A stretch of 32,000 nt of DNA, taken from contig OZ252279.1 in assembly GCA_965250005.1 (NCBI GenBank), positions 1,620,001 to 1,652,000 of the forward strand, given 5' to 3'. Origin of the DNA: Demequinaceae bacterium (GTDB lineage: Bacteria > Actinomycetota > Actinomycetes > Actinomycetales > Demequinaceae). Positions within the stretch are counted from its first letter, which is position 1. Each line of letters begins with the position of its first letter. The translations under genes and the position numbers were made by a program. The notes under the pieces were generated by a model that saw only the letters and a list, made by a program, of their open reading frames with translations, was not told where the DNA came from and did no database searches. This document shows, piece by piece, positions 1-9,400 of this stretch.

Positions 1-240
1 GGGATCCGGCGGTTCGGACGCATCTACTTCTACGTCTACGCGGGGATCGTCACCATCACCGGACTAGTGCTGCTCGCGGTGGGCTCGCCGCTGAGTTTCG
101 ATGTGACCTACATCGGAGCGAACGTGGGTTACCCGCTCATGGTGCCGGTGTTCATCGCGTTCATGGTTGCGGGCACTCGTGCGCGCCTGCGCGAGTTGCG
201 GCCAACTCCCGAGCCTGAGACGGTTAACGTGGGGGCCTGA
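1..240 (+). CDS. C-terminal fragment of a small membrane protein (truncated at window start)
   Basis: Frame 1 reads GIRRFGRIYFYVYAGIVTITGLVLLAVGSPLSFDVTY...VPVFIAFMVAGTRARLRELRP...VNVGA, stop 238-240; two hydrophobic segments. Confidence 0.5.
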   Translation, partial: GIRRFGRIYFYVYAGIVTITGLVLLAVGSPLSFDVTYIGANVGYPLMVPVFIAFMVAGTRARLRELRPTPEPETVNVGA

Positions 241-269
241 ACAGGCGCCATGTCGCAGGCGCCGCGGCG

Positions 270-875
270 CTAGTCGGGCGTGACGACGCGCCAGCGGGTG
301 AGTCGGAACAACACGGCGCCGATCGCCGTGCCGACCAGCAACATGCTGGCCACAATTACGCCGATGCTCGCGTAGCCAGTCTCTGGCTCAAGGAACGGGT
401 ACGGCGCCCAGCCGTCGGTCGCGCCGCGGATCAGCACCACGGTGATCCACAACACCGGATACAGAAGTACCACCCACACATGCCTGATTGGGTGCTCCTT
501 CTTTGGCCCCTCGAGAAGCCAATCGGCAAGCAGGAGTGCGCACGCTCCGCCGTGCATGATCGCGGTAGACCAGATCACGGGGTCGCCGTCCTCGAAGCCT
601 CCCAGCAGCAGCCAGTAGACCGCTGTCACCACCACCAAATACGTTGCGACGCTCGCGCGGGCATATTCGATCCAGACGGGTCGCGTTTGGCCAGTGCGGG
701 GGAGCGCGATCAGCAGCACTACGATCGCGAGGATGTTGCTCTGCTGGGAGAAATACCCGTAGGTGTCGAAGAATGCGAAGTAGCCCAGAGTCACGTGCTT
801 GTACGCGTTTCCGATGAGGGCCGCGAAGATGAGCATGGCGCTGACAATGCGCCAAGTACGTGCGATGGTGAGCAT
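270..875 (-). CDS. Pr6Pr-like integral membrane protein
   Basis: 201 aa ORF with FAFFDTYGYFSQQSNILAIVVLLIALP and several TM segments, typical of the Pr6Pr/FAR-17a-like membrane family. Confidence 0.65.
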   Translation of the reverse strand: MLTIARTWRIVSAMLIFAALIGNAYKHVTLGYFAFFDTYGYFSQQSNILAIVVLLIALPRTGQTRPVWIEYARASVATYLVVVTAVYWLLLGGFEDGDPVIWSTAIMHGGACALLLADWLLEGPKKEHPIRHVWVVLLYPVLWITVVLIRGATDGWAPYPFLEPETGYASIGVIVASMLLVGTAIGAVLFRLTRWRVVTPD

Positions 876-896
876 ATAGGCGATCTTACGGGCGCG

Positions 897-1745
897 CTAC
901 ATCTCCTCGTGTGTGTTCGGGTCGCCCCCAAACAGGCGGCCGTCGGCCCGCGTGAGGGCGGAGATCGCGACCACCTCCGCGTCGGACAGTTCGAAGCCGA
1001 AGACGTCGAGGTTCTCTTGCTGACGCTCGGGGGTCGCGGACTTGGGCAGCGGTACCGCACCAATCTGGACCTGCCAGCGGAGAATCACCTGCGCGGGCGT
1101 CACGCCGTGGGCGGTCGCAGGGTTGGCGATAGTGGGCTCGGCGTAGGGGGCATTGTGCTTGCCCAGCGGGCTCCATGATTGGGTGACGATGCCCAGGCGC
1201 GCATGCTCCGCGCGTAGGTCGGCCTGCGGGAAGTGCGGGTGTAATTCAACCTGATTCACGGCCGGCGTCACGCCGGTGTCCTCAATGATGTGGGCGAGGT
1301 GCTCGGCCGTGAAGTTGCTGACGCCGATGCTCCGGGCGACGCCCCGCTTCTGCAGTTCGACGAGCGCGCGCCATGCGTCGCGGTACTTTCCGGTGATGGG
1401 GTTGGGCCAGTGGATGAGAAGCATGTCGATGCGGTCCAGGCCGAGCAGCTCGAGCGAAGATTGGCCCGCCTGGAGCGCGAGCTCGTAGTCGTGATGACGG
1501 CCAGGGATTTTGGTTTGCACGGTGAGTTCGTCGCGCGCGATGCCGGAGTCCTTGAGGAAGTCCGACGCCGCGTGCCCCACCTCGGCCTCGTTCTGGTAGT
1601 TCACCGCGGAGTCGAGCAGGCGGTAGCCATTGTCTAGTGCCGCGCGCATGGCGACCAAGCCGCGATCACCCCGGAGCGGGTACGTGCCAAAGCCGATCGC
1701 GGGAATCGAGTGGCCGTCGTTGAGCGTGAACTGGGGCGTCGTCAT
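897..1745 (-). CDS. Aldo/keto reductase (2,5-diketo-D-gluconate reductase-like)
   Basis: 282 aa; IPAIGFGTYPLRG, LLDSAVNYQNEAEVG, VQTKI, LLIHWPNP, SIGVSNF, NQVELHP, IPLPKSATPERQQENLDVF motifs; catalytic D-Y-K-H present. Confidence 0.93.
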   Translation of the reverse strand: MTTPQFTLNDGHSIPAIGFGTYPLRGDRGLVAMRAALDNGYRLLDSAVNYQNEAEVGHAASDFLKDSGIARDELTVQTKIPGRHHDYELALQAGQSSLELLGLDRIDMLLIHWPNPITGKYRDAWRALVELQKRGVARSIGVSNFTAEHLAHIIEDTGVTPAVNQVELHPHFPQADLRAEHARLGIVTQSWSPLGKHNAPYAEPTIANPATAHGVTPAQVILRWQVQIGAVPLPKSATPERQQENLDVFGFELSDAEVVAISALTRADGRLFGGDPNTHEEM

Positions 1746-1767
1746 GCGGCTAGCCTACGGCGCGGCG

Positions 1768-2904
1768 TCAGGCGAAGCTGAATGCGGGTGGGACCACTAC
1801 AACGACGATCAAGACCCACGCCGTGTAGACCCAAACCATTCGCGTCTGCCACGTGTCGAGTGTGGCGAACGGCGTGTTGAGGTGGAGCATGACGTGGCCG
1901 ATCCACGACGTCCAGAAGAAGTTTGCGAACACGATGACTGCCATGCCCAAGACCACGATCCGGTTGGGCGTGAAGCCCCACTGGGCGATGCGGGCGAGGG
2001 CCACCGCGATCACTACCCCGGCCATTGACCACGCGCACACGATCAGCGTGAACTGCACGCGGTCGATAAAGTGCACTCGTTTCGATGGGCCCCGCGCGGC
2101 CACAGAGTAGATGAGTAGTGTCAACACAAAGAGGAGAAGCAAGGACATTAGGATGAGGGCGTCGCGGTTGATCGACACGTGATTCCGCGTGAGGACGGTG
2201 GTGGCGAGCACAGCGAGCAGTAGGAGTGTGGATAGCGAGACCAGCACTTGGGCGACTGGGCGCGCGAGGGTTGCGACGCCGGTCCGCTGAGTTTCGACTA
2301 GGAACGCCGCGACCACCACGGCGCCTACGGCGCCGCACGGGAGCAGCCAGTTGTCGACGAAGACCGTCGCGTCGATTTCGAGAAAACTGAATGACCCGAC
2401 GGTGAGCCCCGCGAGGAGCGCGCCCGCGAGCGCGAAAACGCCCATGTACGCGAGCCACTCGCCGGAGAAGCGGAAGAAGTCCATGCGCTTGTCATGGGAT
2501 CTCCACGCGCCGCCCGCGTGAGCTACGCCTACTGCGAGCCACAGCAGGATGGCCAGGTGCAGGCCCGTGAGGATTTCGGTTTGGCCGGAGGGCTGGTAGG
2601 GGTAGGCGTTCGCAAGAAGCGCGGCGGCGGCGAATACGCCCGTGAGAATCCACCGGACCCGCGCCGTGAGGTGCCGCTTCCAGGCGAAGTAGATAGCGAC
2701 TGGCGCGAGCGCGACTAGCGCACCGTTGCGAAAGAAAACTCCGGCGTCGTCGGCCAGAGAGAGGTCTAAGAGCCAGAAGGCCTTGAGGGCCAGCGCCGCG
2801 CCAACGGCCAGCGCACCGACAATCAGAAACTCCCGGGTGGAAACCGTCCGTTCGGAAACCGGGAGGGCGGCAACGTCTGCCTTGGACCGTGCCACAGTGC
2901 GCAT
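1768..2904 (-). CDS. Multi-pass integral membrane protein of unknown function
   Basis: 378 aa with about 9-10 hydrophobic segments; no family motif confidently recognised. Confidence 0.7.
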   Translation of the reverse strand: MRTVARSKADVAALPVSERTVSTREFLIVGALAVGAALALKAFWLLDLSLADDAGVFFRNGALVALAPVAIYFAWKRHLTARVRWILTGVFAAAALLANAYPYQPSGQTEILTGLHLAILLWLAVGVAHAGGAWRSHDKRMDFFRFSGEWLAYMGVFALAGALLAGLTVGSFSFLEIDATVFVDNWLLPCGAVGAVVVAAFLVETQRTGVATLARPVAQVLVSLSTLLLLAVLATTVLTRNHVSINRDALILMSLLLLFVLTLLIYSVAARGPSKRVHFIDRVQFTLIVCAWSMAGVVIAVALARIAQWGFTPNRIVVLGMAVIVFANFFWTSWIGHVMLHLNTPFATLDTWQTRMVWVYTAWVLIVVVVVPPAFSFA

Positions 2905-3488
2905 CCTTTGTTCGAGCCAGCGTGTTCTGCCGCTACTCTACTGGCGCGGCAAGGGGATGGTTAGCGAGATTCCCACGCCTGTGCCGGACGCGTCGATCCA
3001 GCGCTCCTCGGTCGGGGAGCACTCCGTTGCATTCCAGGCGAACTTGCTCGAGCCAGGGTCTCCTGCAATCGGAAGATTCGTGTTGAGGCAGTCAATCGCT
3101 CCGTGGATGATACCGGCGATGGTGCACGATGCTGCGGCGGGCGCGGAACAAGCGGCGAGAGCTTCACGCGCGATGGCATCAATGAGGCGATCATTTCTCG
3201 CGGCGGCGCTGCTGGAGGGTGGTCCGGCGGCGCTCTAGCCGCCGCCGCACTTATCCCCTTTAATCCACAGGTGCCTGATAGTCGCGGCATTTCATTGTGA
3301 TTTTGGTCACGCGTTGGAGAGTTTCGGAGCCGATATTGTTGGGGTGTTACGTCACGAATGGTGTCAAACTGGACCGAGTATTTGATCGGCCCGCAGATTT
3401 TCGCTGAGACAATTCGCGTCACCTCTGTCATAGTCTCAACCGAACGCTATTGTTGTTTCTCGGAAACCGACAGTTCCTGAGGGGAATT

Positions 3489-6400
3489 ATGTCCACCGCC
3501 GTTCGCTTTGCCCTGACTACCACTCTGACCGCCGCGCTAGTCGCTGGCGTCGTCACTCCGGTCTATGCCACGGATGACTCACTGCTGGTCGAGGGTGAGT
3601 CCACCAGCATCGCTTTGCCTGAGGGTGGCGAGGTGGATTTCAATGTGGTTGACCAGGCCACGGACGGTGCGACCGTCGAGGCGGAGCCCATCGAGGTGGA
3701 GGGCGCGACTGCCGAGACCGCCGATGGTGCGGTCGTGTCTCTGACTGACGGTGTGTCGATTGTTGCGACGGATGCTGTGGGCGGGGACGTCACGGAGTTC
3801 GAGCACCAGGTGACTGTTGTCGAGGAGACCGAGGACACTCCGGCCTATGTCTCTGAGTTTGTTCCTGCCATCGAGTTGACCTTCCCCATCTCTGAAGAGC
3901 AGTTGTCGGAGGTCGATGTGGCCTCCCTCGGTGTCTACTCCCGCGAGTCGGAAGATGACGAGTGGACGTGGGTCCCCTCGGCCTACGACCCGGAACTGGG
4001 TGCCGTGGTTGCGCAATCGGATCATTTGAGTGAGTTCATTGTTATGGCGGCACCAGCCGCAGCCGTGCCGGACCCGACCATCCCGCGCATCGCGTTGGAC
4101 CCAGATGATGCGCTTGGCAGGGCCCTGTGGAATGGGCACGTGTACAACGAGCTTCAGTTCAGCCACGCTGTCGCAACCGCCGTCAAGGCCAGGCTCGAGA
4201 ACGAATGCTTGGCAGAAGTCCTCATCACCCGCAATTCCTCGACGGCATTTGTTGCGCGGACTACTCGCTCAAACCGCATCCGGAACTTCGACGCGGATAT
4301 CGCGATGACCCTCGCATTCAATAACTACAACACCGCGTCAGACGGCATCGCCCGCCCGTGGGGTATCAGCAGGGACGGCGGAGTGGTCGCGTGGTCCGCG
4401 AGCAACAGTGCGAGCACCCGGCTGGGTAACAACACCAAGACTCAGATTGTGAACTGGACGGGGCGCCCCGACCGCCGCGGGCTTAACCCTCCAAGTTCGG
4501 TGTTGCCTTACAGCCAGCTTGTCGGGTCGGCCCCGGCGTACGCACACGCAGAACTCCTGTTCCTCAGCCACAACTACGACTGGCCGATTATCAGCACGCG
4601 GCTTGATCTGGTGACCGACGCTGTGTATTCCAGCATCATTCAGCAAATCGAAGCAACGGGCGGGATCGCCTGCGCCGAGCCCGTGACACTGCCGACGCCG
4701 CCCACGCAAGACGTGCTCGACGATCTCGCTCAGCTGGGCGAAAACAACTACCAGATTTATGGCACGGACCCGGTCAACCTCGCGACAGGTAACTTCCTCG
4801 CCTCAGAAGAGGTGTTCACCCTCTCGGGCGTCGGCGACCAGGTCATCGACCTGACCCTCGCCTACAACGCGCTCGATGGGCGCGTCTCACCGGTTGGCAA
4901 CGGTTGGAACTTTGGGTATTCGTCCCGGGCGCAGTTGTATGACAACGGCGCTGTCATGGCGATCCTCGCGGACGGTCGCAGCGTGTACTTCGAGTCCGAC
5001 GGCGCAGGCGGGTTCGTGACGCCTCCCGGCGCGCGCAGCACCCTTGCCGCAGTCGAGGGCGGAGCTGTGCTGACCTTTGCCGATAATACGTCGCTTGAGT
5101 TCACGTTCGACGAGGAGTCCGGGTACGGAACGCTGGCCCGCGCGGTGGACCGCCAAGGCAACGCCTACACGCTGGTTTATGGACCGCTCGCCGAGGCCGC
5201 GGAAGGCGAGTACACGTTCCCGCCGTTGCAGAGCATCACGGACCAGGCTGGCCAGACGGTCGCGGTCCAGTCCACGCCCGAGGGCCGCATCACAGGCTTC
5301 ACGCACCCGGACGGCCGCGAGTGGACACTCGCCTACGACGCCGCAGGCAACCTGACAGCGATTACGGACGGCGCCAACCGCACCCGCTCCTTCGCGTACA
5401 ATGCTGACGGCCTCCTCGAAGTTGTCACCGGAGCCGACGGCGTCGCGGAGCTCACTAATGTGTTCGATACCGAGCAGCGTGTGGTCATCCAGACTGATGG
5501 TGCGGGCTATGTTCGCACTATCGCCTACGGCCCTAACCGTGAAACCACGCTCACCGATGCCCTAGGCAACGCGAGCACGCTGACGCACAACGACAAGAAC
5601 CAGGTGGTCCGGGCCCTCGACGCCGAGGGCGGCGAGACCGTTACCGGCTACGACGAGTTCTACAACCCGAACACGTCGACTGACGCGAACGGCAACGTCT
5701 TCACATCGGAATTCGACGTCTATGGCCGCGTGAAGTCGTCCACCAACGCTCTGGGCGAGACCACCACATATGGTTACAACCCCCGCGGCGACCTCGTGTC
5801 GATCGCATCGCCGGATCCAAACGGCGGCACCGCTACCACCAGCTTTGTCCTCAACGAGGACGGCCGCGCAATCGAGACTCACCTGCCTGATGGCACCGTC
5901 ACGTATGCGTCCTTCGACGCGCACGGCGACATGACAAGCATCACGGACGCCACTGGTGCCGTGACCACCATGGCCTACGACTGGCGGGGAAACTCTGTTG
6001 CCACAACGGATGCGCTCGGCAACGCGACCACGCGCACGTACGACCTGGCGAACCGCCTCACCTCCGTCACGGATGCGACAAGCGCGACAACAACGCTCGC
6101 GTATGACGCAGCCGACAATCTGATCAGTACCCTCGATGCGCTCGGCGGCGTCGCCACGTTTGTTTATGACGTGAACGACTCGCTTGTGCGTGAAACTAAC
6201 GAGGCTGGCGAAACAGCAACCTACGAGTACAACGTCAACCTCCAGCTCACCGCGGCGAACCGCCCCGACGGCTCGCGCATGGAGTACGCGTACGACGCGG
6301 AGCACCGCATGGTCGCGCAAACCAACCCGGACGGCACGCGCCGCACGTGGGAGTACGACGGCCTGGGCCGCGCCACCGTCATGGTGGACGAGGCAGGCGC

Positions 6401-9400
6401 ACGCTGGCTCACGGAATACGACGCGATCGGCAACCCCGTCGCTTCCATCGACCCGAGCGGTGCCCGCAGTGAGGTTGACTACGACGCACTGTCGCGCCCG
6501 GTGACGTTCACCGACGCCCTCGGCAACGCCGACACTGTCACCTACCTACCCGGCGGAGCTGCAGGGAGCCAAACCGATGCGCTCGGTCGCACGTTGAGCT
6601 ACGGCTACGACGTGATGGGCCGACTGGAGTCGGTGACCACGCAGGACGGCGAGACCCGCGCTTACAGCTACGACGCGAACGGCTGGCTCGTGTCGGCCAC
6701 CGACGCGCGCGGCTTCACGGAGACGTATGTGACCGACGCGCTCGGTCGCGAGGTGTCGATGACAGACGCGCTGGGCAGCCTCTGGCGTACCGAATACGAC
6801 GTGCTTGGCAACACGACCGCGACGGTTGACGCGCTGGGCAATCGCACGGAAATCGACTACGACGCTCTGTCGCGCCCGGTCGCGACCACTGACGCGCTCG
6901 GCGCTCACGCGACCTTCACGTTCGACCCGGTAGGCCGCGCCACGTCGGAGACAAACAAGAACGGCAACGCCGTCAGCTACGAGTACGACACACTCGGTCG
7001 CCTCACCCGCACCACGTACCCGGACGGCTCCACGGCCAGCACCACGTACAACGCCCGCGGTCTAGCGGTCGGGACGGTGGGGACGCGCGGATTCGCTACC
7101 GCCTACGAGTACGACGCCCGCAGCATGCAAACGGCGATGGTGGACGAGGCCGGCGAACGCTGGCTGTCCGAGTACGACTCGCGCGGCAACCTAGTGGCGA
7201 ACATCGACCCCGCCGGCGGGCGGACCGAGTTTGACTACGACGCACTCTCGCGCCGAGTAGCGACCACCGACCAGGTGGGCGCACACACCGCGTTCACATA
7301 CGACGCTGCAGGGCAGATGACGTCCTCCACTGACGCGCTGGGCAACAGCACCGCTTACACTTTCGACGCGATGGGCCGCGCGGCAACGATGACGACCGCC
7401 GACGGCGCAACCGTCGCCTACGCGTACGACCTGAACGGCAACGTGACCTCGTTTACCAACCAGCGCGGCTTCACGGAGACCTACCTGCTTGACCCGCTGG
7501 ACCGCATGGTGTCGCGCACAGACACCCTTGGCGGCACATGGGCCACCGAATTTGATGCGCTAGGCAACGCGACCGCAACGGTGGACCCACTAGGGAACCG
7601 GACTGAGGCGACCTATGACGCACTGTCGCGCATAGTCGGCCTGACGGACGCGCTCGCCGGTGAGGCGACCTTCACGTACGATGCCCTCGGCGCTCGCACG
7701 TCCACCACAAACGCGCTCGGCCAGACTACGTCCCTTACGTACGACTCGCTCGGGCGTCCGGTCGGATCGACGTTCGCGGATGGCACCACCGCCAGCAACG
7801 TCTACGACGCCGGTGGCCTGAAGGTGACGTCAACCGATCAGCGCGGCAACGCGATGTCCTACGAATACGACGCGCGTGGCCTTCAGGTCGCGAGCGTTGA
7901 TACCGCGGGTGAACGCTGGCTCACCGAGTACGACTCGCGCGGCAACGTCACGGCTTCGGTTGACCCCCTCAGCGCCCGTTCAACAGCGCAATACGATGCG
8001 GCCTCGCGCCCCGTCGCCGTGGTCAACGCCGTCGGCTCCCAGAGCACTTTCGCCTACGACGCGCTCGGACAGATGATTACATCCACCAACGCCCTAGGCG
8101 ACACCACCGCGTACACCTACGACGCCATGCAGCGTATGGTCACCATGACCACTCCCGAAGGCGCCACAAGCCAGTACGGCTACGACGCCAACGGAAACAC
8201 CACCTCAATCACCAACGCGCTCGGCGATGTCCTTGCCACCGAATACGACGCCGCAGGCCGCGCGATTGCTACGGTGCTCCCTGACGGCGGCCGTACTGAG
8301 ACCGCGCGCGACGCCCTGGGACGCGAAGTCGCCACGACCGACGCCCGAGGAAACACCACCGCCGTCACATATGACGCGCTTGGTCGCCCGACGCTCGTCC
8401 TCGACGCAGCAGGCTTCGCCACGACCGCAACCTACGACGCGGGCGGCAACCGCCTGTCAACGACGGACGCCCGCGGTGGGACCACCGGGTTCGTCTATGA
8501 CGTGATGAACAGGCTCGTGTCAACCACCAACGCCGAAGGCGAAACCCGCACGCAGGCGTACGACACGGCAGGCAACATCACCGAAGCGATAGACCCCTCG
8601 GGTATCGCTACCCACTTCACCTATGACGTGCGCAACCTCCTGACCGAGACAGTCGAGAACTTCTTGCCGGCCGAGCCGTCCAGCGAGTCCGTCAACGTGA
8701 CGACCTCGGTGAGCTACGACGCCCGCGGCGACGCAGTCGCGACAGTCGACCCGCGCGGCAACGCCACCCTGTTTGAGCGCGACGCGCTCGGCCGCGTGGA
8801 GACAGAAACAGACGCGCTCGGTCAAACCAGCACCGTCGACTTCGACGCCCTGGGCCGCCCGTCCGTGGTGACCGCACCGGACGGTTCGGTGACGGCCACC
8901 ACGTTCTCGGCTGATGGCTACGCGGTTGAGGTCGCGTATCCGGACCAGACGGTGACATCCGGCTTTGACGCGCTGGGCAACCGCACGTCGATGACCGACG
9001 ATCTCGGCACCTCGTCGTGGACGTACGACTGGGCCTCACGGGTCACGGTCGCCGTGGACGCGCTTGGCCAGAAGAACACGAACCAGTACGACCTCGCAGG
9101 CAACCAGACGCGGGTGGCGTACGACGATGGCCGCTCGCTGCTGCGCACGTACGATGCGCGCAACCTTGCGGTGTCGCAGTCGGATGCGAACGGTGTCGCC
9201 GCGTTTGGTTACGACGAGGTTGGTGCCTTGGTCGGTATCCTCCGCCCGTCGGGTGTGGAGACAGAGATTTCGCGCGACCTGGTGGGTCGGGTGACGGCGA
9301 TTGTTCACGCCGGTGAGGGTGTTGTGGGTAATAAGTTGCCTTCGGGTGAGGTGAATCCGTCTTCGATGGCTCCGGGGAATGCGTTTGGGCATTGCAAGGA

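Noticed and set aside
2961-3431. Minus-strand 156-aa ORF between the membrane protein and the RHS gene
   Set aside because: Low-complexity Ser/Pro/Arg-rich translation, no motif or convincing RBS; probably non-coding intergenic DNA.
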